The position numbers and the translations under genes are program-made. A stretch of DNA of 64,000 bases from Flavobacteriales bacterium (GTDB lineage: Bacteria > Bacteroidota > Bacteroidia > CAIKAF01): contig JANWKT010000013.1 in the NCBI GenBank assembly GCA_025451235.1, positions 81,317-145,316 on the forward strand, read 5' to 3'. The number at the start of each line of letters is the position of its first letter. Within the stretch, counting starts at the first letter, position 1. Positions 10,657 to 21,127 of this stretch are shown piece after piece. Under the pieces are notes generated by a model, which worked only from the letters and a program-made list of their open reading frames with translations, did not search any database and had not been told where the DNA came from.

Positions 10657-11226
10657 ATGGCTGCTGTTGAAACAACTATGATCCCTCTAGGGTTTAAGGC
10701 ACCTGATTTTCTTTTAAAAGATACTATTTCGGGAAAAGAGGTTTCTTTGAAGGAACTAAAAGGAAAGGCGGCAACAGTGGTGATGTTTATCTGCAATCAC
10801 TGCCCGTACGTGGTCCATGTAAGAGATGAACTGATCAAGTTGGCCCAGGATTTTATCCCGAAAGGAGTAGGCTTTATAGCCATCAGTAGCAACGATGTGT
10901 CCAGGTATCCGGATGATTCCCCAGAAAAAATGAAAGCCCTGGGTTTGGCACTCAAATTCCCCTTCTCATACTTATACGATGAAACACAGGAAGTTGCAAA
11001 AGCATATTTTGCTGTTTGTACCCCAGATTTTAGTATATTTGATAAGGATCTTTTATGTGTATATCGCGGGCAACTAGATGGAGCCAGGCCTGGAAATAAC
11101 CAACCTGTAACCGGTTTGGATATTAGAAATGCATTGGATGCATTGGTTTTAGGAAAGGAAGTGAGTAGTAACCAGGTTCCCAGTATTGGTTGCAGCATTA
11201 AATGGAAGAATGGTGATACAATTTAG
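10657..11226 (+). CDS. Thioredoxin-fold thiol-disulfide oxidoreductase (AhpC/TSA-like)
   Basis: CxxC centre 'FICNHCPYVVHV'. 189 aa. Confidence 0.75.
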   Translation: MAAVETTMIPLGFKAPDFLLKDTISGKEVSLKELKGKAATVVMFICNHCPYVVHVRDELIKLAQDFIPKGVGFIAISSNDVSRYPDDSPEKMKALGLALKFPFSYLYDETQEVAKAYFAVCTPDFSIFDKDLLCVYRGQLDGARPGNNQPVTGLDIRNALDALVLGKEVSSNQVPSIGCSIKWKNGDTI

Positions 11227-11247
11227 AACCAAGCAAACATCCATCAT

Positions 11248-11982
11248 ATGAACCGAGTACTTTTTTTTGCAGCCGTTGCTTTCCTTGTTTCTTGTGGAAA
11301 TAAATCAAAGCAAAACAATTCAACCAACAACACTTCTGATTCTACCAGTTCAGAATCCACCTCTATCGAAACGGATTACAAGACCGATTCCCTACTTGGG
11401 GAGTATATCGGTGGCTTTGGAAACAGCACCATTATTATTGCAATCAATTATATCAATGGTAAAAATGTTTCCGGCTATAATATACTTAAGGGGAACAGGA
11501 GAAATATCAAAGGAGAGATTGAAAACAAAGGAGCCTATTTTCAGTTTACCTTAAACGAACCAGGTGGAGATCCTTATGACGGAACCTTTCATTTCAGCAT
11601 TGATACAAACACCCGTTCTTTAGAAGGTACCTGGTCCCCATTCGATTCTGTTAAGGTAAAACCCAAACGGTACAAATTGGCCAAAAGGGTATTTAAGCAT
11701 GAAACAATCCAAGGCTATGCCGGGATGTGGTACTTAAATGATCTGACCGTGAATTTTAAAAAAGATAAAACGGGAGTAGCCAAAGGGTTCTGGTGGAATG
11801 AGAAGTCTGCTTCCTCCGAAGAAGTGGAGATTCCCTTTTCCTGGTTTGAAGAGAAAAAAGCGGTTTCTATTGAATGGGGAAAAAACAATATCTTTCTGTC
11901 ATCCAAAATGAAATTCACCCACGAAAAAAATCAATACGAAGAAATGTTGCAATCGGGTGACTATATTATGTACCGATATTAA
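11248..11982 (+). CDS. Hypothetical lipoprotein
   Basis: Lipobox leader 'MNRVLFFAAVAFLVSCGNKSK', then an S/T/N-rich linker. Confidence 0.6.
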   Translation: MNRVLFFAAVAFLVSCGNKSKQNNSTNNTSDSTSSESTSIETDYKTDSLLGEYIGGFGNSTIIIAINYINGKNVSGYNILKGNRRNIKGEIENKGAYFQFTLNEPGGDPYDGTFHFSIDTNTRSLEGTWSPFDSVKVKPKRYKLAKRVFKHETIQGYAGMWYLNDLTVNFKKDKTGVAKGFWWNEKSASSEEVEIPFSWFEEKKAVSIEWGKNNIFLSSKMKFTHEKNQYEEMLQSGDYIMYRY

Positions 11983-12680
11983 TGGGCTCCAAGAAGAAGA
12001 AAGACTTTTCATATTATTTAAAACGACTCCCAGCAATTCTCTTTTCGGGAGTCGTTATTTTTTTCTCTTATAAGATGGCTCTTCTGTCTATTCCTTATCT
12101 CGAGATGAAGCACGATGTTGAATTTTTGAGAACCAAGGGACAGGTATACCATCTTGATTATTGGAGGATCGGTTTCTATGCCCATGTATTCACCAGCGTT
12201 TTTGTTTTACTTGCCGGGGCTACTCAATTTACCCGCTTCATTGTTTTCAGGTATCCACGGATCCATCGATATATAGGTTATAGCTATATATGGCTGGTTC
12301 TTTTTGTAAGCGGACCCGGGGCATTGGCCATGGCATTCCATGCTTTTGGCGGGTTGCCAGCAAAAGCCAGTTTTGTTCTTCAAACCGTCATGTGGTTTAT
12401 ATTTACTGGAGGGGCTTGGTATTATGCTATGAAGAAAAAGTGGACAAACCATGCCGAATGCATGTTGTTGAGTTATTCACTCACTTTTGCTGCTGTAACA
12501 TTAAGATTGATCAAGTATTTGTTTGGCATATTGATCACGAATGGATATTTGAAAGGGCTGAAGCCTATCGATAATTACATTACCGTTGCCTGGCTAAGCT
12601 GGGTGCCCAATATGATCATTGCTGCTTTATTGATCCATTTCGGATTTATCAGATGGTATTTTAGAAAAAAAGCAGTTTAG
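11982..12680 (+). CDS. Hypothetical integral membrane protein
   Basis: 232 aa with ~6 TM helices. The start overlaps the upstream stop (TAATG). Confidence 0.55.
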   Translation: MGSKKKKDFSYYLKRLPAILFSGVVIFFSYKMALLSIPYLEMKHDVEFLRTKGQVYHLDYWRIGFYAHVFTSVFVLLAGATQFTRFIVFRYPRIHRYIGYSYIWLVLFVSGPGALAMAFHAFGGLPAKASFVLQTVMWFIFTGGAWYYAMKKKWTNHAECMLLSYSLTFAAVTLRLIKYLFGILITNGYLKGLKPIDNYITVAWLSWVPNMIIAALLIHFGFIRWYFRKKAV

Positions 12681-14032
12681 TCATCTAACAATGACCTTGG
12701 TTTTGGCTTTGCAGGAAAACCAAAATCAACAATAACACCCAGGTTGATCAGAAATCCATATACTCCTGTGCGGTTATAGAAACTTGGTATTCCGCCTACA
12801 GGAACATCAAACATAGAAACCAAGGGCACCGTATATTGAAAAATAGGTTTAAGATTACAAGCTCCATTTGCCAAACGGATTTTATAACCCAGGATGAGGT
12901 TCATATCAAACTGCATATGAAACCCGTTTTCCGCAATGATAGATTCCGATTGATTTTCCTCATCATAGATCACCATTCCTGAACTATTTTTGATATTATA
13001 GTTAGCTCTATAAATACTTGCAAAGGAAAAATCAAAGCCCCCTCCTAAAATAAAATTCCCGAATTCAAGATGAAGTATTGAATAGAGTCCAATACAATGC
13101 AGATTGCCATACTCATCAGAAATTCCTATACTTCCTACCGTATCTGTAGTAACAGCATAGGTTGAATGAAACCTTTTTAATCTAAAACTTGCCCCATTCC
13201 TCCAGAAAATAGTTTTGCTCAACTGCCATCTTAGGCCCAGACCTGTGGTATAACCAAATCCATTGCTGGCGTTTTGTATTCCATACTGGGTTACCAAATT
13301 ATCTGAATTGATCAATGAAAAATTTGCCAAAACAGGTACCTCAAGCCCGAATTTAGAGCCATCGTAAGGAGTGTTATAACTATTATTATTGTTATTATTT
13401 GAATTGTTGTTGTTATTGTTATTGGTCTCGTTTTCGTTATTATGGGTATAATTCCCATCCTCTTTTCTCCATTTTTTACCAGGCTTGCCTTGGGCCACCC
13501 AATCGTTATATTCTTCTACTGTAGCCTCCTTTTCGTCATAGGTATAATAAGCATTATCAATTTTTTGTGCCAAGGAACCATTATCCGAAAAGAATTCCGT
13601 CATATCCTTCTTATAATTCTTCTTGGTCATGATCTGAAATTTCCCTTCATCCCTTTTCTCCACATAATAGTCGGTTACCTCCACATTGTTATTCCCTTTT
13701 TCAATTTTATAAGTATAGGTATATAATTGGGCAGGCCCCTCGATCAACCTTTCCATAAACACTGTTTTCCCATCAACAGGTTTTGCAAAGTATTCCGAGT
13801 CTGCATATTTAAAGTATTGAATATGCTTATAGGTCAGCTTGGTGAATTCCTGAGTTGTGTCATTGAATACGCTAATGCCTTTAGCCAACTTATCAGGCTT
13901 GGAAGCCTTTATTTTTACGCTTAATGTTTCCCCGGTAAGCGTAACAATGGTTCCCTCGACTAATTCTGATTGGGAATAGGTATAGGCAGTAGTAAGTAAG
14001 GTGAAAAATATAAAAATCCACTTGCGGCTCAT
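12677..14032 (-). CDS. Hypothetical secreted protein with poly-Asn low-complexity insert (possible OM beta-barrel C-terminal half)
   Basis: Signal peptide 'MSRKWIFIFFTLLTTAYTYSQ'. Run 'NNENETNNNNNNNSNNNNNNSYN'. The C-terminal half has alternating hydrophobic strands. Confidence 0.6.
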   Translation of the reverse strand: MSRKWIFIFFTLLTTAYTYSQSELVEGTIVTLTGETLSVKIKASKPDKLAKGISVFNDTTQEFTKLTYKHIQYFKYADSEYFAKPVDGKTVFMERLIEGPAQLYTYTYKIEKGNNNVEVTDYYVEKRDEGKFQIMTKKNYKKDMTEFFSDNGSLAQKIDNAYYTYDEKEATVEEYNDWVAQGKPGKKWRKEDGNYTHNNENETNNNNNNNSNNNNNNSYNTPYDGSKFGLEVPVLANFSLINSDNLVTQYGIQNASNGFGYTTGLGLRWQLSKTIFWRNGASFRLKRFHSTYAVTTDTVGSIGISDEYGNLHCIGLYSILHLEFGNFILGGGFDFSFASIYRANYNIKNSSGMVIYDEENQSESIIAENGFHMQFDMNLILGYKIRLANGACNLKPIFQYTVPLVSMFDVPVGGIPSFYNRTGVYGFLINLGVIVDFGFPAKPKPRSLLDD

Positions 14033-14234
14033 GCAGAAATCGGGTTGAAAAAATTACTTATTTAATATGTAAAAGTACAAGATAATAACGACTATTTTGC
14101 AACATTTGTTGCAAACATCATGCAAGACCGGGCATCCTTCTCCCATCAATGATCGGATCATCCCATGATTTATGCTTAAAATACTGATAATCAAAGTATT
14201 AAATTTGAAAAAAAGTGAGTTTAAATAAACTTAA

Positions 14235-15149
14235 ATGAGAATGGACCTATTAAGAGAACTTTGTACAATACATGCACCTTCCGGTAATGAAGGAAACATG
14301 AAGCAGTTTATCATCGATTATATTCGGAAAAATCAGGACCAATGGATAACAAAACCGGAAATTATTGAAGGAGATTTTATACAGGATTGTCTCCTGGTAA
14401 AATTCGGCAAACCCACCACTGCTATTTTCGCCCATATGGATTCTATTGGTTTTACGGTAAGGTATAAAAACGAAGTGGTAAAGATTGGGGGGCCGGTAAC
14501 CGGGAACGGAATTCAATTGGTAGGTAAGGATAGTCAAGGAGAAATACATTGTACCCTCAAGGTGAACCGTGATGAACTCTCGGTAAAATTCAACCGGGAG
14601 ATTGATAGGGGAACGGAACTTGTTTTTGCACCTGATTGGAGAGAAACGGATGAATTTATCCAATGCTGTTATATGGACAACCGCTTAGGGATATGGAATG
14701 CGTTGAAGGTGGCAGAAACTTTGGAAAACGGAGTGATCGCATTTAGTACATGGGAAGAACATGGAGGAGGTTCGGTTGATTACCTGGCGGAGTATATGTA
14801 TAAAAACTGGGGAGTAAGGCAAGCGCTGATCTCCGATATTACCTGGGTAACCGAAGGGGTACCAGCAGGGGGAGGGGTTGTTGTTTCGATGAGGGACAGA
14901 GGGATCCCAAGACGAAGTTTTATTGATCATATCATTGATCTTGCTAAAAGATCCGGGATTCCCTTTCAACTTGAAGTGGAAGGAGCAGGTAGCAGTGATG
15001 GAGGATATTTACAATCATCTCATCTTCCTTTTGATTGGTGTTTCATTGGTGCGCCTGAGGATTTTGTACACTCCCCTGACGAAAGGGTCCACAAAAATGA
15101 TATTGATGCCATGTGGAAAATGTACAATTATTTAATGAAGCATCTATGA
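14235..15149 (+). CDS. M42 family glutamyl aminopeptidase / endoglucanase-like (FrvX/CelM)
   Basis: 'LLRELCTIHAPSGNEGNMKQFIIDYI' N-terminus is typical of M42. 304 aa. Confidence 0.8.
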   Translation: MRMDLLRELCTIHAPSGNEGNMKQFIIDYIRKNQDQWITKPEIIEGDFIQDCLLVKFGKPTTAIFAHMDSIGFTVRYKNEVVKIGGPVTGNGIQLVGKDSQGEIHCTLKVNRDELSVKFNREIDRGTELVFAPDWRETDEFIQCCYMDNRLGIWNALKVAETLENGVIAFSTWEEHGGGSVDYLAEYMYKNWGVRQALISDITWVTEGVPAGGGVVVSMRDRGIPRRSFIDHIIDLAKRSGIPFQLEVEGAGSSDGGYLQSSHLPFDWCFIGAPEDFVHSPDERVHKNDIDAMWKMYNYLMKHL

Positions 15150-15184
15150 TATAAGACATATGAAAACATAGGAACACTTGGTAG

Positions 15185-15204
15185 AGACGGACAATGGTCC
15201 GTCT
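15185..15204. terminator. Bidirectional hairpin terminator between convergent genes
   Basis: agacggac-aatg-gtccgtct: an 8 bp perfect stem. Lies between the M42 peptidase (+) stop and the LpxH-like (-) stop. Confidence 0.55.
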
Positions 15205-15241
15205 AAATCTTACGGAAGGTGAACGATAAGTATCAAAAACC

Positions 15242-15994
15242 TTATTCTTTAAACTCTTTCAGCTCAAAGGTTTCACCATTAAAATATCCATAGGTATTAT
15301 ATTTGATCCAATCACCCAAATTAATGTACTTACTTTTACCGATTTCTTTCTCAACCGGTAAATGCCGATGTCCGAAGACCATGAAATCAAAATGCTCTGT
15401 GGTTAGTTTTTGTTTACAATATTGTACCAACCATTCTTTTTCATCACCGAGATAATGGGCATCTTCATCATAATTCGATTTTCTGCTCCGTCGACTGAAA
15501 TAATTGGCAATAGCAAACGCCAGGTTGGGATGAATCCTTGCATAGCACCATTGAAAAAATGAATTGGCAAAGATCTTTTTGATGAACTTATAATTATATT
15601 CACCAGGGCCCAATCCATCGCCGTGGGCCAGGTAAAACTTTTTACCATTGTATTCTTTAGTGATGGGCTGGTGGTATATATCTGCATTCAGTTCTTTTTC
15701 CAGGTAACCAAACATCCACATATCATGATTACCGGTAAATAAATGGATCTTGATACCTCGGTCCGACAACTCTGCCATCTTTCCCAATAACCTTACAAAA
15801 CCTTTTGGCGCTACATATTTATATTCGAACCAGAAATCAAAAAGATCACCCATCAAAAAGATCTCTGTGGCATTCCCCGATATACTATTGAGCCAGCTAA
15901 CGATTCTCTTTTCTCTTTCAAGACTACTGGAATGATCAGGAACTCCCAGATGGAAATCTGAAGCAAAATAAATATGATGATGAGTAGATGACAT
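15242..15994 (-). CDS. lpxH: UDP-2,3-diacylglucosamine diphosphatase-like calcineurin-type metallophosphoesterase
   Basis: 'IYFASDFHLG', 'MGDLFDFWFEY' and 'GNHDMW' phosphoesterase motifs. 250 aa. Confidence 0.8.
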   Translation of the reverse strand: MSSTHHHIYFASDFHLGVPDHSSSLEREKRIVSWLNSISGNATEIFLMGDLFDFWFEYKYVAPKGFVRLLGKMAELSDRGIKIHLFTGNHDMWMFGYLEKELNADIYHQPITKEYNGKKFYLAHGDGLGPGEYNYKFIKKIFANSFFQWCYARIHPNLAFAIANYFSRRSRKSNYDEDAHYLGDEKEWLVQYCKQKLTTEHFDFMVFGHRHLPVEKEIGKSKYINLGDWIKYNTYGYFNGETFELKEFKE

Positions 15995-18900
15995 TTATAT
16001 AAATAACCTTCTGATACTTTTTATAAAATCAAAATTCTGCAATTGTAAGGTAAATCTTATTCTTTCCCAATATGTAGTGGTATTTAGATCTACAGATTGT
16101 TTGATATCCGAAGAGGCCATGATCGGAAAATATATCTGGAAGGTCCTGTCGGGAGTTCTCAAATAAATGCCCCAATTATAGGCCAGCACCTGGGAGCCTG
16201 GATAACTTCCTGCACCACTATAGGTGCCTATATCAATATAAGCACCGGCATAGATCATCGGTACATCCCACTCTAAATTGGCGGTTAACATCCATCGATT
16301 CGTTTGTCCTACAAAAGTGTTCACCTTAAAATCACCATCACGGTGACTTACCTGTTGACTCAAAAACCCGGAAGATTCGGAACGACCAATATAATATTCA
16401 TTGAATGCATAATCCCAAGGTCCGTTCCATCCACTTAATCGAAAGCGTGTATCGGTAACCATGCTAGGGTCGGTTAAAAAGGTTCCAGCGAAGATCCTGA
16501 GTTGGATGGTTGCTTTTTCTTTGAAATAGGTCCAGGTAACCTTTAACTCATTAAAAAGTTTTACGGCCGGTGTAAATCCAGAAAGTGGTGCAATGGTATA
16601 GTTAATGTTAAAATCATATGCATGCTCTAAACTTACAGTATTTTGCACATCCCATAGTCTCTTGCGGAAATGTACCTTATAATAAACCAGGTTCTGCATC
16701 AGAAATTTCCACCGGCTGTTCAACAACAGTGATGGATCTACCTGTTGTACGATCAATTGATTTTTTATACCTAATTCATGGATGAGGGGTGAATAAATAT
16801 TCCTCCGTTCAAAAACAAATTTAAGTTGAGGACTTAGTTGAAAATACCATAAGGGTGTTCCACTCGATATTCGATAAGTTTGGGTGGTGGTAAAAGTTTT
16901 AAACACCATCCTGTCGGACTTGTTTTTTTTGAAGAAATGGGTATGTGAAATGGATCCCCAAAAATTTGGACGAAGTGATCCACACCCAATCTGCGGTAAT
17001 ATGAACCATTCAGTTCTTTTAGGTAACAATCCATAATTATGTAAGATCATACCTGCTTGCAATCCATCATATAAATTAAAGGAAATCCCTTGTAAGAAAT
17101 ATATATGCCTTCTATAAGGATTTTCGAAAGAGGTAAAATAATTGAACCGGATGGGTTTGGCCACTTTTTTACCATTGCGAATCCTTACATAGTTGTTATT
17201 CAAATCAACATCAGGGATGCTCATTTCATGATCGATAGCGATCCATTGGATCTCGCTACTGTAGGGAATAGTAAGATTGGTTTTGTTATGAACCGGATCG
17301 AATGAATAGGTGTTGAGCTTCTGGGTTGAATTAAAAGTTTCGATATAAATGGGAGTTTCAATCTCTCCTTTGTTCACTACCTCAATGATAAGTTCTTCTC
17401 CTGACTTTTTTACTGTTTTGATCTGATAGTTCAGCTTTTCATTGGTAACCATTCCCTGATCAAAGAACCAATCCGTTTTTTCGCCCATGTATTTTTTAAA
17501 TACATCATGCATATCACCATTTACCGGATGTTTATATTTCCAGGTATGGTAATATTCCTGAATGATCTTTTTAAAGGTTTCTTGCCCACAGATCTTGTAT
17601 AAATGCCAGGTAAATGCTGCCGGCTTTGAATAAGCTTGTACCCAATAATTTTCTTTGGATAATAAATGCGAAGTAGTTTTGGTAGGCTGGTCCTGGTTTT
17701 CCCGGGCGAGCATATAATATTCGGTATGCGATTGCTGATAATAAGGGAATTTCATTCCATCCAGCATATTCGCATAATAATGGATCTTATTCTCCGGATA
17801 TTTCCTGGTAAAGTACAAGCTCTCATAAAAGGTATTCAACCCTTCATCCATCCAATGTTCATCTCGTTCGTTGGTGGCTATGATCCCATAGAACCAGTTA
17901 TGTCCTACCTGCTGTACAATAGGCTCCTCGATGGAATAGGAATGATTGATCCAGGAGATGGTTGGATATTCAGTATCCCCCCCGGTAATATCGTCCACAT
18001 CCACCTGCGAAAAAACTTGATAAGGATAAGGGGCCACTTCGTCACTAAAAAACTCAATGGCTTCTCTTAAATATTGACTGGCATTTTTCCAATAGATCAG
18101 GTGCTCCCTTTTTACAAATGTTTGCAGGATCACAGGGTGATCATCCACTTGCATGGTATCTTTTATTAAAAGAAGATCGGGATCGGCACAAAAAGCAAAG
18201 TCATGTACATTGTTAATTCTATAAACCAGGGTTTTGGTTTTTCTTGAAGGTTCCAATTCCCTTCTTTGAAATCTTCTTTTTTTGGGATGTACATAAGTTT
18301 GGGTGAAGCTCGCTAAAGTATCCAGGCACAATGTTTCTTCCAGGGTCAACAATTCACCTGAGGCGGCGACCACATATCTCTGGGGAACGGTAATATGAAC
18401 CTCATAATTCCCGAATTCGCTAAAGAATTCACCTTTATCCAGGTAGCTCATGGGATGCCATCCATAGGCATCGTAAACCGCCGGTTTGGGATACCATTGG
18501 GTAAGATAATAGGCATCGTCCTTATACCCTATCCTCGAAATATGGGTGGAGGGAAGTTTGATCAAAAAAGGGGTTTCCAGCCGGATGGTTTGCCCTGGAT
18601 ATAAAGGTGTTGGAAGCTCAAGTATCTCAATATCAGCCGTATCCTGACAGGCTTTAGATTCTATAGATATTCCATCCACCTTCCAATTCAGGCTATCAAT
18701 AGAGCCTTTGTAAATAGCATTGGCAAATTGAAGGGATTGCTCATCATGGGCCAACAACTGATTATTAAGGGCCGATCGCTTACTGCCATAAGCATTGGGC
18801 ATCAAATGGATATAAATAAAATGAAGGGCGTCGGGGGAATGGTTGGTATAGTGCATAACGATATGACCACTCAGGGTATTGGCACTATCGTCGAGCTCTA

Positions 18901-19072
18901 CCTGGATCAGGTAATCCACCTCCTGCTGCCAATAAGTTTGGGCCTGCAACTCTTGATTGACGAGGCATTGGAGCAAAACCAGGGTGAATATGTAGACCTT
19001 CAGACGCAACTTCCTTATTATAAGGGTAAATATCCGAAAAATTATCATTCTACCTTCTATAAACCTTAGCAA
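15995..19072 (-). CDS. M1 (aminopeptidase N)-like large secreted protein with degenerate zinc motif
   Basis: 1025 aa with a signal peptide. M1-like segment 'TEYPTISW..VQQVGHNWFYG..HWMDEGLNTFYE' aligns to GAMEN/HELAHQWFG/WLNEGFA. The HExxH is replaced by QQVGH. Confidence 0.7.
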   Translation of the reverse strand: MLRFIEGRMIIFRIFTLIIRKLRLKVYIFTLVLLQCLVNQELQAQTYWQQEVDYLIQVELDDSANTLSGHIVMHYTNHSPDALHFIYIHLMPNAYGSKRSALNNQLLAHDEQSLQFANAIYKGSIDSLNWKVDGISIESKACQDTADIEILELPTPLYPGQTIRLETPFLIKLPSTHISRIGYKDDAYYLTQWYPKPAVYDAYGWHPMSYLDKGEFFSEFGNYEVHITVPQRYVVAASGELLTLEETLCLDTLASFTQTYVHPKKRRFQRRELEPSRKTKTLVYRINNVHDFAFCADPDLLLIKDTMQVDDHPVILQTFVKREHLIYWKNASQYLREAIEFFSDEVAPYPYQVFSQVDVDDITGGDTEYPTISWINHSYSIEEPIVQQVGHNWFYGIIATNERDEHWMDEGLNTFYESLYFTRKYPENKIHYYANMLDGMKFPYYQQSHTEYYMLARENQDQPTKTTSHLLSKENYWVQAYSKPAAFTWHLYKICGQETFKKIIQEYYHTWKYKHPVNGDMHDVFKKYMGEKTDWFFDQGMVTNEKLNYQIKTVKKSGEELIIEVVNKGEIETPIYIETFNSTQKLNTYSFDPVHNKTNLTIPYSSEIQWIAIDHEMSIPDVDLNNNYVRIRNGKKVAKPIRFNYFTSFENPYRRHIYFLQGISFNLYDGLQAGMILHNYGLLPKRTEWFILPQIGCGSLRPNFWGSISHTHFFKKNKSDRMVFKTFTTTQTYRISSGTPLWYFQLSPQLKFVFERRNIYSPLIHELGIKNQLIVQQVDPSLLLNSRWKFLMQNLVYYKVHFRKRLWDVQNTVSLEHAYDFNINYTIAPLSGFTPAVKLFNELKVTWTYFKEKATIQLRIFAGTFLTDPSMVTDTRFRLSGWNGPWDYAFNEYYIGRSESSGFLSQQVSHRDGDFKVNTFVGQTNRWMLTANLEWDVPMIYAGAYIDIGTYSGAGSYPGSQVLAYNWGIYLRTPDRTFQIYFPIMASSDIKQSVDLNTTTYWERIRFTLQLQNFDFIKSIRRLFI

Positions 19073-19195
19073 TAGTTATTTCTAGGAATATTTCCCGAGA
19101 ATTTGGGCAGGGTTATTTGATATTTTCAAACAAATCTCTACCTTTGCCCTCCATTAATTTGGACAGATTAACGAAACTCTTTAAACAATATTACC

Positions 19196-19510
19196 ATGTA
19201 CGCTATAGTAGAGATTGCAGGCCAACAGTTCAAAGTGGAAAAGAATCAGGAGATCTATGTACACCGTTTGGATGGCAACGAAGGTTCAAAAGTGGAGTTT
19301 GATTCGGTATTATTGATTGATAATGGAGGAAAAGTAACCGTTGGAGCTCCTAAAATTGATGGTGCAAAAGTAGATGCCAAGATCATTTCCCATGTAAAAG
19401 GTGAAAAAGTATTGGTGTTCAAGAAAAAAAGAAGAAAAGGATACCAGAAATTGAATGGTCATCGCCAGTCGTTTACAAAGATCCAAATCGAAAATATTTC
19501 AGGTAAATAA
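19196..19510 (+). CDS. rplU: 50S ribosomal protein L21
   Basis: '[25 protein letters not shown]'. 104 aa. Confidence 0.95.
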   Translation: MYAIVEIAGQQFKVEKNQEIYVHRLDGNEGSKVEFDSVLLIDNGGKVTVGAPKIDGAKVDAKIISHVKGEKVLVFKKKRRKGYQKLNGHRQSFTKIQIENISGK

Positions 19511-19539
19511 TTAATTAACAACGATAAAAATCATAAGCC

Positions 19540-19806
19540 ATGGCTCACAAGAAAGGTGTCGGTAGTTCAAAAAACGGTCGTGAATCAGAAAGCAAACGCT
19601 TAGGTATTAAAATATTCGGTGGACAAAGGGCCATCGCAGGTAATATTCTTGTTCGTCAAAGAGGAACCCGCCATTATGCTGGATTGAACGTAGGAATGGG
19701 CAAGGACCATACTTTATTTGCATTAACTGATGGAACTGTAACTTTCAAAAAAGGAAAAAGCAACAAATCCTACGTTTCGGTGATACCAGAAGTGGTTGAA
19801 GCATAA
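19540..19806 (+). CDS. rpmA: 50S ribosomal protein L27
   Basis: '[29 protein letters not shown]'. 88 aa. Confidence 0.95.
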   Translation: MAHKKGVGSSKNGRESESKRLGIKIFGGQRAIAGNILVRQRGTRHYAGLNVGMGKDHTLFALTDGTVTFKKGKSNKSYVSVIPEVVEA

Positions 19807-19837
19807 ATTTATTACCCGATTTTAAAATTATATGGAT

Positions 19838-19874
19838 AACGACGGACCTTTGGTCCGTCGTTGTTGTTTTATTT
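19838..19874 (+). terminator. Rho-independent terminator of rplU-rpmA operon
   Basis: aacgacggacc-ttt-ggtccgtcgtt: an 11 bp perfect stem followed by 'gttgttttattt'. Confidence 0.8.
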
Positions 19875-19941
19875 AACCTGGTTTTTGGGGCTGCTTTTTC
19901 GTACATTTATAAGCTCAATCCTTCAATTAAACGGATCTATC

Positions 19942-20139
19942 ATGGAAGAACAAAAAGAAAAAAAATCGAATAACAATAAGGTCGTTGGCTATTTAATGAT
20001 CGTTTTAGGTATTGTGGGGATTGTATCCAGGTTCATTGGTGAACCTAACTGGACCAATTTCAATATACTTAAACTGGTCTTTTCCATTTTAGTGCTCGCC
20101 TATGGAGTATGGACAGTAGTGAAGAAACCCAAAGAATAG
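19942..20139 (+). CDS. Small hypothetical 2-TM membrane protein
   Basis: Internal ATG of ORF 19861..20139, 'MEEQKEKKSNNNKVVGYLMIVLGIVGIV..'. The upstream part of the ORF overlaps the terminator hairpin. Confidence 0.4.
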   Translation: MEEQKEKKSNNNKVVGYLMIVLGIVGIVSRFIGEPNWTNFNILKLVFSILVLAYGVWTVVKKPKE

Positions 20140-20183
20140 AAATTATTCATTAAATTTACCAGTAAGTACATATACAATAAACA

Positions 20184-20591
20184 ATGAAAACACTTCTTGT
20201 ATTTGCATCCTCCCTCCTCGTGCTTTGCTCCTTCTCCTCGGAAAAAGCACTGCCGGAAAAGAGTTTACAACCTGGAAATGGGTCATCCAATATTGATACC
20301 CTTGCTATGCTACATATCACCGATAGCATTGCGGCTGTTGAGCTTCAAAAATACGATGAACAAAGTCAGCGACAAACAGGTGTTCCTAAAAGCGTACCTC
20401 ATTTTGATAAAATCTTCACTGCGAATACCACCCAAACCGTTTTTATTGTCCATTATAGTTTTAACCAGAAGAAATTCTATGGAAAGAATTGGGACGAGAA
20501 AAATTATCCAATCACCACTGGATTTCCCGATCATTTCAGTGTCTCTTACGACTTGGTTACAAAAAAAATTACGGTATTATACGAAGGATAG
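20184..20591 (+). CDS. Hypothetical lipoprotein
   Basis: Leader 'MKTLLVFASSLLVLCSFSS'. Confidence 0.55.
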   Translation: MKTLLVFASSLLVLCSFSSEKALPEKSLQPGNGSSNIDTLAMLHITDSIAAVELQKYDEQSQRQTGVPKSVPHFDKIFTANTTQTVFIVHYSFNQKKFYGKNWDEKNYPITTGFPDHFSVSYDLVTKKITVLYEG

Positions 20592-20665
20592 GACGGGATG
20601 AGGCTACTTACTCCTTTGAAATATAATTTCATTCAATTGGCCATGCATAAATTTCCAGATGCTGC

Positions 20666-21127
20666 ATGATTCAACTACTCAGAACAGATTCCGATAACCA
20701 GGATTTTATTGGCCTTGTAAAGGAGTTGGATGCTTATTTGGCAGAAAAGGATGGGGAGGAGCATTCGTTTTATCATCAATTTAATCACGTAGATAAAATG
20801 AAATATATTGTGGTGGCCTATGAAAATGGAAAACCTATAGGTTGTGGGGCCATCAAATTTTATAACCACGATATCATGGAAGTGAAGCGAATGTATACCT
20901 TACCTGAAAGCAGGGGGAAAGGAATTGCTACAAAAATTTTGACCGAATTGGAAATATGGGCCAGCGAATTGCAATGCAAGAAGTGTATATTAGAAACGGG
21001 GAAAAGGCAGCCTGAAGCCATTGAATTGTATAAAAAGAGTGGGTATGGATCTATTCCCAATTACGGTCAGTACATAGGCATGGACAACAGTGTATGTTTC
21101 GAAAAACTATTAAAAACAACCATTTGA
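20666..21127 (+). CDS. GNAT family N-acetyltransferase
   Basis: Acetyl-CoA binding 'RGKGIATKILTELEIWA'. Confidence 0.8.
   Translation: MIQLLRTDSDNQDFIGLVKELDAYLAEKDGEEHSFYHQFNHVDKMKYIVVAYENGKPIGCGAIKFYNHDIMEVKRMYTLPESRGKGIATKILTELEIWASELQCKKCILETGKRQPEAIELYKKSGYGSIPNYGQYIGMDNSVCFEKLLKTTI

Noticed and set aside
15185-19862. Shared GACGGAC(C)...(G)GTCCGTC core in two terminators (15185 and 19838)
   Set aside because: The stems are short and GC-rich. Two occurrences are compatible with chance. Not treated as a repeat family.
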